DNA of 64,000 nucleotides from Obrimoposthia wandeli (Eukaryota). The stretch lies in assembly GCA_977020255.1 (NCBI GenBank), contig CDROCS010006185.1, positions 62,001 through 126,000 on the forward strand, written 5' to 3'. Positions 38,368 through 52,520 of this stretch are shown in pieces; position 1 is the first letter of the stretch; every line of letters starts with the position of its first letter. The position numbers and the translations under genes are program-made. The notes beneath the pieces are model-generated. The model searched no databases. It saw nothing but the letters and a program-made list of their open reading frames with translations, and had not been told where the DNA came from.

Positions 38368-38487
38368 TAATGTGCTAGAGGAATCAGCCAGAATTGCGCG
38401 TGGAAATATCGCAAGCTTGGATAAATTGAGTGTGTCAAAGTTCGATGCTCTGATTATACCGGGAGGATTCGGAGCCGCCAAGAACTT
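38368..38487 (+). CDS. GATD3: ES1/GATD3 exon
   Basis: [14 protein letters not shown]...[16 protein letters not shown] is the ES1 signature; donor GTAAGT. Confidence 0.96.
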
Positions 38488-38540
38488 GTAAGTGTAGTAA
38501 AACTGAGAAACATGATCCTCATATTTGTATTATTCTGCAG

Positions 38541-38633
38541 ATCCTCCTTCGCCTTTGATGGGATCGACTACACGCTTAACCAGGATCTGGAAAAATGTCT
38601 TCGGGATTTCCTTTCCAATAGGAAACCAATCGG
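38541..38633 (+). CDS. GATD3: ES1/GATD3 exon
   Basis: SSFAFDGIDYTLNQDLEKCLRDFLSNRKPIG; phases are consistent. Confidence 0.93.
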
Positions 38634-39719
38634 GTAACTTAATTTTGATTTCTGCATTAAGTATTTGTGATACTTATGTTGTGCACCTAGTGTAAGATAC
38701 ACTGAGTTTTTAGGAATATATTGCTTAGGAGATCAATGACAATAAGACATATAAATGTCATGGAAACGAAGAAGCACATAAAGGGCTAAGATAAATAGAG
38801 TTGTATGTAAAATTATATTCAAAAATCATTGGTAATGTAAGAAATTCCCCAGTGACATGTTCTAGTGGGACTCTAGTATAAACATTAGGTATACAACTAA
38901 AAATTAATGAAAACTAGCATGGGTTCACCAGATGAACTTTTTTGTGCTGAGTTCAAATAATATAATTGTTTTAGGTTAATCTTAAAAAAGTCCCGCGACA
39001 AGTCTTTTGTAAGTTTAATTTACTGATTTTTTAAAAATTTATTTATATAATAATCGTTTAAATACAATTAATTAAATACAATTAATCTGTTTATTATTTT
39101 TGTTGATATATTCTAAAAATTCTATTATTAAACAGCCACTAGAAAACTGTATTGTGGCTAGTAAGATAACAAACAGAACCAAGTATTGTTAAATCAGAAT
39201 TTGTTCATTTGTAAAAATCATTTTAAACTCGTAAACAATATCTTCATAACTTGGAGCTTCTTCGTCAACTTCCATATTCTATTGATATTTCGTATCTTAA
39301 GATCCTCATCAGAACTTATTTTTTGAGAGTAGCAGTCTTCAGATCAACAATGTTATTTGGCAGAGAAAGTATTCAAAGTTTTATGATTGAACAAATATAT
39401 AGCGAACTTACCCGGTATTTATACTCTGGCTAAGACTGAACTGATTAATGTAGACTCTAAGTTTATATCCAATAAATTCTTCAGTTCAAACATTACTTCC
39501 ATCAAACTTTAAAAGTCAATGTTTAAACAAAGAACTTCAAAATCGGGAAAATGTTTTACAAAGTCATTTAATTCAAAGTTGAATTAATGACACTTTTTTT
39601 CTAAAATATCATCGAAACCATTGAACGATAAATCATTTTATACTGTTATTTAAAAACTGTAGAAAAGAAAGTGGCTAGACACAAGTAAATGGAATTTTAT
39701 TAGGAAAGACATGAGTTAT

Positions 39720-40560
39720 TACTAGGGATGAGCAAATCGGCAAATATCAAAAGTTCGTTTTATTTGATGATTTTTACAAATATTTTAATAATTTTGGCAC
39801 AAAAAAAACGTTTTTTTAAAATTAGTTCAAGATCACACAAAATTTTTGAAACAACTGAGGAAAGTTATGAAGAAGGAAAATACAATGCAACAGTTTTAGA
39901 ATGTATTTGAAGGCTCACCTAATTCACAATTTAGACCTTTGCAAGGCTCTTGTTGAGTAATGTACCACTCTCTAGAATATAATCCAGCTTATTACGAACG
40001 TATTTAATGAGGTCTGTCAGTCCAGAAAATCCAAGCAGATTTACTTTAACAAGAATTTTAGGCAATGAAAATAATTTGATAATGACAAGAATAAATTAAA
40101 ATTTTAAAGATAAAAATATTTTCATTATGCTTTTTGAAACCATTGATATAAACTTGATGACTATTTGTGTTAGCTTTAGTTGGAAATTATCAAGATAAAC
40201 CATTTCTTTATGATTTAATGGGTTTAGAAACCACCAACGACGAAACCGTACAACAATTTGTTAATTCAAGTATTGTAAAATTGCACGATGGCCAGATTAA
40301 TAATGAAAACTTTGTTGTATCTTCACAGGATGCAGCTAGCTATTGTATTAAAGCTGGAAAATTTATCCAAATTTATTACACGGAACATGTTTAGCGCATG
40401 GTTTAAATCGTGCTCCTGGACTGATAAGATATCAGCACCCTAAAATTGATAAATGGGTATCAGAAGTAAAAAAATCAAGAAATTTCCTCGTGGAAAGTTA
40501 ATATTTAAAGAGAGAAAAACAATCTCAAAACTCCCCCCGCACTTGGTTGGCATCTGTTTT
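39720..40560 (+). mobile_element. hAT (CGGBP1-related) transposase remnant, copy 1
   Basis: ALVG...KPFLYDL..LETTNDETV..F...QDAASYCIKAGK..AHGLNR..IR..HPKIDKWVSEVKK. Confidence 0.75.
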
Positions 40561-41176
40561 TGCCATGTGAATAATTCACCAGTATTAAAGAGTTCATTTT
40601 AGAGCTTAAGCCCGAGTGTAAAGCTATTGAAGTTTGTCAAGAACTATTAGTTGAACGTTTATTTGTGAGGGTTACAATTTTTTATTTAGCCGTATTTAAG
40701 TTACAAATAATTATCCATTTATTTGCCGGTTTGTTTGCTGATATTTGTGTTATTTTTAAAAATTAATGAAATCTTTGCATATTTGCATGAGTTCTTCACT
40801 TCTAATATTCAAAGAAATTCGCCTACTAAATATAATTTCCTCCAATTAGTGTAATAAATATAAAAAATAATTATTTACCTTATTATAATCCACTTAAATA
40901 AAGTTAAATAAATTAGTCTAAATTGAATATTTTCTTCAGTTTACGCGAAATGATTTTTAGTAATGTCCTGATGTTTTGGTTCATCTAAACTTTGATTTGA
41001 TTTATAAAATAAAAGTAATGTTTACATTTCTTCTTGCAACAAATTATTGATGATGTAGCACCCCACAAATAATCTGATTACTGTTTCCATAACAGACAAT
41101 TACATTTTCCACAAGTCGTCAGATTGTGACCACTACAGGAAGTTGGTGTGCTCCAATTAGTGGTTTCATTTATCAG

Positions 41177-41333
41177 GATGTGCTGCATTGCTCCGATCCT
41201 CCTTGCGCGAATACTGCCCGGGGCCGAGCTGACGATGGGTGGAGAGACTGAGGACGGTGGGAAATGGCCGTACACTGATGCGGTTGCCACTGTGAAGAAG
41301 CTGGGAGTTCACCATGTTCAGAAGCAATCCAAG
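41177..41333 (+). CDS. GATD3: ES1/GATD3 exon (nucleophile-elbow Cys, GMCCIAP)
   Basis: MCCIAPILLARILPGAELTMGGETEDGGKWPY matches human 'LCCIAPVLAAKVL...GGKWPY'. Confidence 0.96.
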
Positions 41334-41399
41334 GTTTGAATTAGTTTCTCGCGAGGAATATTTCGGTACATTCTTCTGATTCAACATATGGTACGCTGA

Positions 41400-41743
41400 A
41401 GGCTTGAGATGCTGCATGGTTGGCGCCAGCCCTCCGATATCTTAGCGATTGTGAAGCTCAAGGACATATCTCGAAGTAGTTTTTAGAACATCCGGCTGGA
41501 TTACACCTGCGACGATTTGATTCCACATTTGAGCGTCCATTGGTCATTAATGTGACATTTTACAATTTGCTGCTGAACTCTTAATGTAAATGACTTCACA
41601 GACTTACCAGAATACCGAGTCAGATTATGAAAGCGGGTTCTATCTGTAGGTTCAAATTGTGTTGATCGTAGCTGAGCAGATAGAAGTGCATGGAGCTCGT
41701 CAATAGACCTGTCATCTTTTGATATTTCCAAAGGCAAATACAA
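41400..41743 (-). mobile_element. Gypsy (K02A2.6-like) gag fragment in an ES1 intron
   Basis: ELHALLSAQL..TDRTRFHNLTRYSGKSVKSF.LRV....KC...GI...KLL motif pattern. Confidence 0.7.
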
Positions 41744-43019
41744 TTTGTTTCGAATTTGTTTGGAACTTATAGTTTTAAATAAATGTAATTTCTTAATTTT
41801 TTTTATATAGTATTTGTTGCGTAGAATAAAAAATGTGTGTCATTATAAATGGATTAATGGGTTGATATCAACTTAAAATATTAAATGAATTATATTGAAA
41901 TGTTTTATTATCCTATTATTATATCTTAAAAATGGATATGGCTACTAAAATATGAGACCTATTGGTAATATAGCAGATAACACATTTTGTAATGAATGTT
42001 ACATTCATTTAGGGGAAACCATAAATAGTAACGCTAATTTATATTAAATGCTTTGAAGGTACCTATATAGATATACCTATTCTAGACTGTTAAAGTTTAA
42101 ACATTATACGAAGCATCTTACCGTGTGTTTGTTGTATACAATCGGTTGGAAAATGACTTGTAGCCTGGGACGAGCTTTTTTCTGTGTTTTCATCGATATT
42201 TAATAATCAATGAAATTGTATCTCTCTAATATATCTAAACTAAATTGATACATGGAAAGAATGAGCTATACTCTAAATTTAGAAATGAAATTTGATGTGT
42301 CTGAAGTACATTATGACTAGGTTATGACTTTGGGAAATTATTTAACCTTTTTGCCTATTTATCAGAAAATTATTGATTTAATATATATTTCAAGCCTCTT
42401 TGTTATGCAAAGTAAAGATAAGTCTCTCTGCCTTATTCTTAACGGTTTACGTATTTTTGGGTATGATATATCTCAAGGCCATTTTGAATGAATGTAAAAT
42501 AGTTATTTATAGATTTTAAAAAATATATATTTTAAGACTTTTAAATGTTTTATGGCCTAGAATAGTTGTAAAAATTATTGTTCTCGTGGATATTTTCGAG
42601 TAGTTATTGTTCGATAATCATCAAACGTACATATGGAGTATCTCATACCCTATCTAAAAAATCTAATATTGTGAGTTTTTAAGTTTTTAAATGTATTTTA
42701 AGTTTAAATTGAATTTTAAAACGTTAATTTTTAAAAAGATTTGTCAACCTAAAAGGCAGTGCAACAATGCAGACAATGTAATTATTTAAATATTTAGAGA
42801 AGCTGAAGAAATTGATTATGATGATGGATTGGAATATTTACTAAAAAAGTTATCAGACGAAATTCAATACAAAGAAGAGCTCCTATCTAATGACAATGAC
42901 CTTGATAGGGATAACTTATTTCTTATCAATTTAATGACGAAGATAAAAAAAAATACTCGATTGCTTCAATAGTTGATATTAAAGCATTTATCGGAATATT
43001 GATATTACTGTGTATGTTA

Positions 43020-43360
43020 TCATTTGATCCTTTTATAATGAAAGGTATTTTTGGGGATATATTTTGTTCCAAAAACCCAGATGTAGCTGATTTGTGTTCT
43101 AGTTTTTAAAAAATGTTCAAATTTCTATAAACCCATACCTATTTAGGTGACAATTGGTTCCCTTCAATGGAGTTTGTAGAATTACTGAAAGACAAAAACA
43201 CAGACACTATTAAATCTAATAATATAACAGTATTGCGCATTGCCAGTTCTATTGAAAAGGGTACCAGAGGAGATACTATAGTTTTAAAAATAATGCTGAT
43301 ACTTCGTTGGTAGATGTTGGGACAAAGACAACGAACCTGTCATTTTAGTTTACGGGTTTT
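43020..43360 (+). mobile_element. piggyBac transposase remnant in the last ES1 intron
   Basis: YLGDNWFPSMEFVELL (VYFDNFFTS) and VRCWDKDNEPV (VxWxDNxxV) traces. Confidence 0.6.
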
Positions 43361-43699
43361 AGAAATAATAGATAGCAAATATATATTTTTTTTCGCAATT
43401 TGTGCGAATATATCGAATTTAATATAATTTTGACCATCAATCTGCATATGCATCTTGTTTATTATATACATCTGCACATCTTCCCATTGTAATATGAGTC
43501 ATAATATCGTATTGAGTTAGGTAATACCCGATTCACACGTTTACATATATTCATCTGCGTATGTCAAACACGGAATATGTAATAATTACCTACCCGTACT
43601 TTAAATTTTCAAGCATTATTGTAGTCTATTTATTTAGTTAAAATTTTTGAGAATACAGTTATATATTTTACAAATTGTTTGTGAAAATACAATGCCCAG

Positions 43700-43840
43700 G
43701 AAATACATGTGGACCAAAAGAACCTAATCGTGACAAGTCCCGCCTATATGTGTGACAAGGCCTCTCTATTCGAGATTTTTTCTGGAATTGGCTTGATGAT
43801 CGATGCAGTCTTGGGCATGGTGGCCGACAAGAAAGGATAA
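43700..43840 (+). CDS. GATD3: ES1/GATD3 last exon (TAA 43838-43840)
   Basis: [38 protein letters not shown] matches 'AHVDQKNKVVTTPAFMC...IHDGIGAMV'; not in the ORF track. Confidence 0.93.
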   Translation, partial: EIHVDQKNLIVTSPAYMCDKASLFEIFSGIGLMIDAVLGMVADKKG

Positions 43841-45787
43841 CTGTAATGATCACAATATATTTTCACCAATTTCATTTTAAAGTTATCAATTTTTAAGAGA
43901 TTGCAATAAAATTTGAGGCAAATTAAAAACGACTGTAGTATTCCAGAAAAACAATGTATACTCAATAAATCAAACTAAACACGAGCCACAAACATGAGCT
44001 ACCAGAAAATGCAATGATTTTAAAATTTCATCTCTAAGCGGAATTCACACAAAACATTTCTTGATTGCTTGCATCATGTGGTGAATAACTTCGTGCTTCA
44101 CCTTTTTAATCGATGACATAGACCGACGAGTTAGAGTACAATTGTTAGTTGTTTGTCAACCATTAGCATGGCATATGATTTTCAAAATACCCCTGTATTG
44201 CTCAATTGGAGTTACTTTCGGTACTTTGATATGATTCTCATTTTAAACAACATACAACCTTTTCTCATGCTATCATTCTCGATCTCATTCAATATTGTTT
44301 ATATTTTTCCTAATATTACTTACTATGCGTATTTTAACTACTCTTCACAACTGGAGTCATTATACACGGTGTTTGGAAGTGCACTATTTGGCTCACGACT
44401 GTTCTTAATGATAGTGAGTTGAGAGCTGATCTAAGTTTTCGTGTCAAATTTTTACCATTTGTCTGACTATATTCTAATCTATCCATTGCTACATAAAATG
44501 TGTTATTCAACTTTTCACACTCTATTTCTTTTTCCTTTAACATCAGTCTTAAATTTACATTTTCCATTGTCAGTCGTTTTTCTTTTTTGTTTTGTATCTT
44601 CTCCGATTATTTTGAGTATATTTTGAATGTTTCATTTTTTAAATTTTCTAATTAGTTTTAGTTTTATTCTTTAAATTGTTATTTACTATTTCCTACATAC
44701 GCATGTGCATCTCCCATATACTATTTACATTATATGTACTGTATTTATAAGATTTTTTATTAAAAAAAGTGTTAGTTTGTGTTCTTTGTGAGATAGATTT
44801 ATAAGGATTTCTCACTTCTTTTTTATTGTTTTCAATCACTGTGTTTCTTGATACATTGGATGAGCTTGTAGTGCTTGTAATACTAGGTCATAAATGAGCA
44901 GGGGTCCATAAAATTTAGTTCAATGATTTGATTTTGAAATTTTCTTATGTTTTGAAATTGTTATTTCCAACAATGAGTATGACGAGTAATTTATATTAAA
45001 ATTATTACTATTGTTACTATGAGTTCTATTCCACCGTCATCATGGGAATGTTTTTGTTTGCTATAATACATCTTATTTTTTGATTGAAAAATTTGTACTT
45101 TAGTCGTTTTAAGTTTGAATGACTTTTCATCATTTCTGTGATATTAAATAGAACTGTATGCTTATCTATTTTTTGTTGTTTATGTTTTGTTGTAGTTTCT
45201 TTCCTGTATCCATCAACTTCGAATAATAACCAGTTTCCGCAAAAAACTTGGTTTGGTATAGTTTAGATATTTCATTTCCTATAATTTTTAATGTTAAGTT
45301 TTTACAAGTCTCAAATTTGTGTCCCCAGTTTCTGTACATTATTGTTTTGTTAGTGACCACACATTTTCTATTTATATAATTACTTTTTCTAAATCTATTG
45401 AATTTGTATAGTCAAATTTGTCTTAGTTTATGATTTAACTAATTGTTTCTCTGTATCTTTCCAAAAATTAGAAATGCGTCCTCTATATCTAATTTCTTTA
45501 AAAGCTTTGTCTAAGTCGTCTTAGCTGAATTTTCTATTTTATTACTATGTTTTATTTTGTTGTACGTTTTGCTTTTGTTTATAATATTGTTTGGGATTGA
45601 CGCTTTGAATTATGTCATGTTATTAAAAACGCTAAAAAATACGGTAAAATAATTAATTAAAATATTATGTGTGATCGATTTTTTATGAATTTATGTTATG
45701 ATTATTGTACATTAGAATAAAGTTTTGATACCAAAGTTAGTATGTCTTATGTTATGCATTACACAATGGAATTAAACATGGTAGCAG

Positions 45788-45995
45788 AACTCAAAGAAGC
45801 CAGAAGATTGGGATCTGTACAAGTACAATGATATTGGTGCTGCTGGCTTTGATTTATGGCAAGTGAAATCCGGTACAATCTTCGATAATGTTTTGATCAC
45901 CGATGATACTAACTATGCTCGCAATTTTGTCGAAGATACGTGGAAGGTTACTGCTGAGGATGAGCGCAAGATGAAGAAGAAGCTAAAGGACAGGT
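45788..45995 (+). pseudogene. CALR: Orphan calreticulin fragment, one KPEDWD repeat fused directly to the C-terminal globular strand
   Basis: NSKKPEDWD-LYKYNDIGAAGFDLWQVKSGTIFDNVLITDD...TWKVTAEDERKMK; WQVKSGTIFDN is diagnostic. No N-domain or KDEL/HDEL exon was found in the window. Confidence 0.75.
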
Positions 45996-47097
45996 ATGAA
46001 AAGGGTTTGGCAACTGAGCCATTTTAAATATGTGGAATACTACCGTCGCGTCGTTCATTATGTGGGAAGCAGTTTATCTTCCTATGATTCGGACTCTGAT
46101 CTACTGATACGAAGGTCATTTAGGGACTCAATTGATCACCTATTCCAGTCCGATAAAGGAAAATATCGCCTATCAGTTAGTGCACTCTACACACTGAGTT
46201 AGGGTTCCTATGATTTAGAGAAATTTTAAAAACGGATAAACCAAGTCGTCAAAAAGGAAGAGAGATTCCAGATAGTAACATGCTACAGATGAAAGAAAAT
46301 TTCATGATCCCGGAAGAAAAAAGTGAACTATTCAGCGAAATGGTAATTGTCGAGCTTCAGCGAAAAGAAGCCGAATGTATAATTAAAATATATTATAGTG
46401 AGGCTAAAAAACTTAACAAAAAGTCTCATGATCATGAACCACCTCCGAAGAAGAGAAGCTGGGGAGATGATTCAGAAGACAAAATCTCTAGATCATCCAG
46501 AGATCAGAGATAATTGTCAAATTCCTGCGCATCAAAGAAGAACGACTACAACGGCGGATTTAACTTTTCAAGAGAAGCAGCAATGTCGAGGAGAGATGAC
46601 CGTCGAAAGAATAACAAATATGATAGCCAGCGATGTCGATGTTCCGATGCATATGACAGGTGAAATCGATCAGAAAGAAATGAGCGAGGACGAAGATTGA
46701 ATGACCACTAATCTGGTGCATTTGGAAAAAATCCCAACACTGTGAAAATGGAAGAAGAAAACGACAATGAATTTGATCCAGCTGCAGCTGCTAATATTGA
46801 GGTTTTTCCCGCTGCTGACAGTGATAAAGGTCATTCGGAAGTTTCAGAAGATGAAAAAGACGAAGATTATGAAGAGGCTGAAGAGGAAATTCCAAATTGG
46901 GACCGATCTAGAGACTTTGGTCGAAATCGGGATAGAGGAACTGGCGGATTTGAAAACCAATTCAGACACACCAAAATGCCAGAGTTACTGCAAGACAACA
47001 TCCATGGGAATGTTGTGGTGGCCCCTTAAAGAGCACATTGCTCCAAATCATGTCTAAAAAATAAGTAATATTTAAAAACATCATCCTTCTTTGGTAG

Positions 47098-48710
47098 TGT
47101 TAAGGGTTAATGATGTCAGATCTTATTTTTTGTTTGTGGGATATAAGGGTTGAGGATAGAGTTAGGGGGAAATATTCTGGTTTTATGGTGAGTAGGGAGG
47201 TAGCAAACTAGTTAAATATAAAGAAAGATGATTTTTGGCTCCTGAGGGAAGGAGAAAAGTGCATAAGGAAGAAACAGTGCATGATAACGACAAGAAATAT
47301 GTCATTCTGCGCCTAAAATGAGGGTGTGAAATTGAGGAAAGGGAACTGACTAGGTGTGACTTCAATATTGCAATAAACAATTTCTTGCTGAAAGAGGATA
47401 AGAAATAAAACCATAACATCTATTCAGAGATGAACAGAACATTAACAGAAATATATGAGAAAAAGATAGAGACGGCGTTTCAAGAGAGAGACTGCAGAAA
47501 AGAAGAAAGATGGGAGAGCGAGCAAAAGAAGATGGAAAACAAATTCGACGAAATTCAAGCAAAATTATGGGAAAGGGCAGAGGACACGAAGCGAGGTAAG
47601 GCCAACGATAAGGTAGGACAAGAAAACAAAGGAGTAAGTCAGTTGAATAAAATTCAACTCCCAATTTTAGAGGAAAAGTTCAGAAATACGAAAACTGGCG
47701 GACAATAATTAACAGAGTGATCGACTAGTCAACAATAGATAAAGATGAGAAAATGCTGCATCTACTTCAATATGTGGACGGAGAACACTTAAGGTTAATT
47801 GATAACTTAGGGTACTCAGCAGAAAGCTATGATGAAGCTTTGAAAATATTAGCATTAAGATACGGAGGGACGGACAGGAATTATAAACAGTTGATGGAAA
47901 CAGTGAAAAAGCTCATGTCAATAAGGTGGAACACCTATCGGGTTTTGGACAGGTATGGTCAACTATTACAAGAAGTGTTCGTACAATCACGAGCACTACG
48001 AAAAGAGGAAGAATTAGGGCGAGGTTTTTTATGTGAAAAATTGCTACAGAAACGGCCAATGCTAGGAACGGTAGTGTGGTCGGAATTATTACATGCAGGA
48101 TATAGAAAACAGAGTATAATATCATTAGAAGAATGGATACAACAAAAAGCCGAAAGAGATTAGCAAGTTGCAGCAGAGAAGCACCAAAATATAAAGATAA
48201 TGAAAGACCAAAAACCTTCGTAGGAACGGTAAAGAAGAAGGACAGAATTATATCGAGACAATTTCAAAGGAGGGAGAGAAAAATAAAGTGTTTAAGGTGT
48301 CAGAAAGAGCATTACACAGACAAATGTTAAGAACTACAGAGATTATCTGTAGCAGTGAGACGACGGTGTGTCAAAAATGAAAGTTTATGTAGAAATATTC
48401 TGCAAAATAATCCCTATGTGAAACATTGCAAGGTGGATAAATAGTGTAAAATGAGTAACTGCACCGGAAAACACCACTGGATATTGCATGTTATTGAAGA
48501 ACCTATTAATCAGACATGCCCACAATCTTACTTTACCAGAGAGACAAGATAAGATAATACATTCGTGGCGTTAAGAAACGTACCGGTTAAAGTACGACCT
48601 AAAGGTCAAGAATTGGTGATCAACGCACTGTTAGATGATTCCAGCACACGATCATATATTAGCAAAGATCTGTCACGAACCTTAAGAGAACCTATATCAG
48701 AATATTGAGA
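47098..48710 (+). mobile_element. BEL/Pao LTR retrotransposon 5' remnant (putative LTR 47098-47417, gag, Zn knuckles, protease)
   Basis: LLQYVDGE...SYDEALKILALRYG (DUF1759-like), CLRCQKEH....C, CxxSNCTGKHHWILH and protease ALLDDSSTRSYI; truncated before RT. Confidence 0.85.
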
Positions 48711-49326
48711 AGTTACTTGTTTTCTTTAATTTATCCTGCTGTTGTGTTTTGTAAATATGTTTCTCTTATTTCACTACACGAAGCTTTTTATGATTAAAAT
48801 GGAACATATGTCAGTAATAGTTTCCACATTAGACTTATTTCATAAATATAATAGGTTGATAAATTTTGCCTCAATAATATTTTTAAACATATCAATAATG
48901 CATAAACACTTACTAATCCTGAAAAAGATTTTTCAAATATTAAAAATTTTCCCATATTTTTTGAAATTGTGCTCTTAATTTCTTTTAAAAAATGGTTAGA
49001 TGACAAAAGTAGTTCGTAATCCGGGTGACAAATACCGTATGTTATTGATCTTTCAATAATTTATGTTAGTACTCTTGATCGTATTTGAGGAAATGATATT
49101 TATTTTCTTAAATTATATATGTCTTGTTTAGATCATTATCTGATTTTATTTCTAAGTTATTCTTCAGTTGATGCTTGTAATTTTATTAGTTGTGATACTG
49201 TGTCTCTTCTTGGAACTGTGATCCAAGTGTCTTTTGGAATTTGATCATGTGATGCCATTATATTTGATTAATTGATTTCCTTTATACTGAATATATTAAA
49301 AAAGTATAATTCGTATAATAGGTTCT

Positions 49327-49532
49327 ACAAATAGTGAATGATTTTTGTAAGAAGAATGAAGTTCAGACATAATTCTATTAATAAATAAACAGCATTCATT
49401 GTTGTACTGAGGATATATATAGGTCATTAGACAAATAGTGAATGATTTTTGTAAGAAGAATGAAGTTCAGACATAATTCTATTAATAAATAAACAGCATT
49501 CATTGTTGTACTGAGGATATATATAGGTCATT
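49327..49532. repeat. 104-bp perfect tandem duplication
   Basis: ACAAATAGTG at 49327 and 49431. Confidence 0.95.
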
Positions 49533-51409
49533 ATTGAGCAATGCAAACATACCACACAATCACACATTCACCAGCATACAGATTACCTAAATACCCGTAG
49601 GTCTGTAAACCACAGTTTATACAATCTATTACAATTTTGATTTTTTAGATGCACTGTTTTTTGTGGTTGTAATTGTTGATTCGTTGTTGTGTTGGTAAAT
49701 TGTTTTATTATTGTGTTTAATTTTCTACATTCGTTCGGTAAAGTGATTTTTCATAATACATATTTTACAAAATTTTGTACTTTTATTGGTATTATTATTT
49801 CGATTGCTGCAAGTAGTATCTGTTCTGTTATTATAATTGTTTTTATAAAATTTTTTAGTGTATGATTGTTTTTTTTATACATAAATTACAAAATGTAAAG
49901 TTAATTATTCTATAAGTTTCTGCCGTGTGGTTCTGAAGTCCGTTGTTCGTATAATGTATATTTAGTCTAAATTAGAAATTTGTATTATTTTAATTTGTTT
50001 GATTTACAATATTATTTGTTGGAGTTCAATTTTGTTGATAATTATCAATTTTGAAAACTGTTTTGTGAGTTAGGGTTTTAATTTTGTGTATGGTAAAGTT
50101 TGATGATGTTAGTGGTCTTCGTTGTTTGTCAAACGATAATGCCGATACTTCTGTTTGTTGCAACATACTTAATCTGGTTTCACAATTTACTAATTTCAAT
50201 TACAATTTACTAAATAACAATGTATTTGCTATATTTTTTACAATGTTTGGGTTTTGAGGACGATCCGAAGACGGTTTACGGTTTCCTTGATTCAGCGTCT
50301 GATGTGATACTATTGTTTATTTCATACAGTTGATGTCTCTCTCGGCTCTGATCTTTCCGTAGCGGTCTGACTTGTCTGATTTGTCTGGCCGGTTTCTGAT
50401 TTATCTGATTGACTGATTCCAACGAATACTAATTTAGGTTTTAGATCTTATGTTTTTATACTCGATTGACTGTCGCTTCAAATTGATTTTCTCTAGCTGA
50501 CTTCTGGATTGTCGTTTTCTCGACTGTGGACGCGATACTACTTAGTATCGATTCTTGTGTGCAACTGATTCCTCTGAGCCACACTATTCAATTTAGCTAC
50601 TGATTTCGCAGCTTACTCGGTTTTTACTTGTTTCCACAGGTGCTTTTTACATTGCTCTTTTTTCTTATATATCTTTAGATATTTCAAAGCCTATCAAAGT
50701 CATAATTTCTTCTTCTATTTTTCTACAGTTATTTTATAATTTATAATTTATTATTTTAAAATCTTAAATGAGGTTATTTATCCATTATAAATAACTTGAT
50801 TTTATTAATTTTATTTACTATTGTTCTACATCGTAACCCTAACAATAGCTTGTTGAAAATTTCCTACTTCCAGCAATGATGGATGATTTTTATTTTTGTT
50901 GTTTAGACTGTCAGGAGTCGTTCTTGTTGAGCTTCCGCAATTTCAGGAAATACTTGTAATGCTAGTTGTCTTAATTCAGGACACTTTGTTAGAATTAGTT
51001 AAGGACATTTTGTTCTGGTTATGGTCTTAATATCATATGTTGAAAGTTTTACACCACATGTTCCCATGCACCTTTTTTTATTAGTAATTTAATATTTTAC
51101 ATATTGTGAGGGCGGAACTCAAATTGTAAAATGAAACAGGCAGTTAGTGAGAGTTAAATATTCAGTGATTTACTTCATGTATGGTTGTAGAAAATGTGTA
51201 AGGAAATTGAGGTTATATTATAAAATTAAATGAATATATGGAAAAAAGTAACAGAAAAAACTTATGTACTAAAGAATATGTAGAATAATGTAAATTACAA
51301 AGATTAAACTTATTATTCCGAAAGAAATTAACAAATAAATTGTTAATAAATCAAAAATAATATATGACAAATATATATCATTGATTTATATGGTTATTTC
51401 ATATTTTTA

Positions 51410-52520
51410 TAAAATGCCAAAAGTTAATATAAATGATTTATTAAAAGAATTTTGAGGTGAAACAATCTGGACACATAATCCAAATACTAATCAATTATTT
51501 TGTTAAATATGTTGTGTAGGATTTTCCATACATCGGAAAAGCCATATTAGAGATCCCTCAAAATCTTTGAAATATCTGGGAAAAGTCATGAAGATAGAAA
51601 AAGTAAAAAATGCAATGTATCAGAAACATGAACACGATTTAGACCTTTGTTTGATCTTCACATTGATCTTTAGATATTGAAAAATCCTAATAAGACGTAA
51701 TAACCTTATTTTCCATAACATACGACATTAAATAAGACATATCACAAGTTAAAACTTTATTCAAATGCACCATCACTATAACATAAATCCATAAATCAAT
51801 AACATTAATTTTTAATTTTGTTACTATTTTCTACCACGCCAATCGTTTGTGTTTCCGTGCTGTTCAAAACAAAGACTTTAAACAACACAAAAACTCAAAT
51901 CATTTTGTATCATAAAAACTTCCCTTTTGATGGACAATGGCGGTATACCATAAGTTTGTGGGCTTTTTTACTTTAATTATAATTTAAATCATTTAAATTT
52001 TGTTTACTTTTTACTTTCTCAATTTAACATATTTACATATTTTTACAACCTTTGTAAGGCTCTTGTTGAGAGTAATGTAACACTTGCTAGAATAAAATCC
52101 AGCTCATTACGAATGAAAGTTTTGTAATTCCAAGTAGATTTACTTTAATAAGAATTTTAGGCAAGAAAAATAATTTATTGATGATAAGAATAAATGAAAT
52201 TTTGAAAGATAAAAATACTTTCATTATACTTTTTGAAACCATTGATATAAACTGGAAGGCTATTTGTGTTAATTTAGTTGGAGTTTTAGATAGAGAATGT
52301 CAAGATAAACCTATTTTATGATTTATTTGATTTATATACCTATTATACTTTTTGAAACCATTGATATAAACTGGAAGGCTATTTGTGTTAATTTAGTTGG
52401 AGTTTTAGATAGAGAATGTCAAGATAAACCTATTTTATGATTTATTTGATTTAGAAACCATCAACAAAACTGCATAACAATTTGTTAATTCAAGTATTTT
52501 AAAATTGCATGATAGGTAAT
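51410..52520 (+). mobile_element. hAT (CGGBP1-related) remnant, copy 2, with a 119-bp internal tandem duplication
   Basis: 52040-52520 is homologous to 39930-40300; a Zn-finger trace (LFCxICC..KSH) at ~51500; duplication at 52224/52343. Confidence 0.7.

Noticed and set aside
41078-41417. Minus-strand ORFs overlapping the ES1 exon; likewise 37454-37666 and 43668-43965
   Set aside because: Antisense shadows of ES1 exons.
44100-45600. LINE ORF1-like remnants (also 48750-50620 and 57250-57700)
   Set aside because: Only strand-asymmetric A-rich composition and short frames; no EN or RT motif to support a call.
46742-47029. Acidic C-terminal exon of calreticulin
   Set aside because: No KDEL/HDEL-type end, and the flanking sequence is unlike calreticulin.
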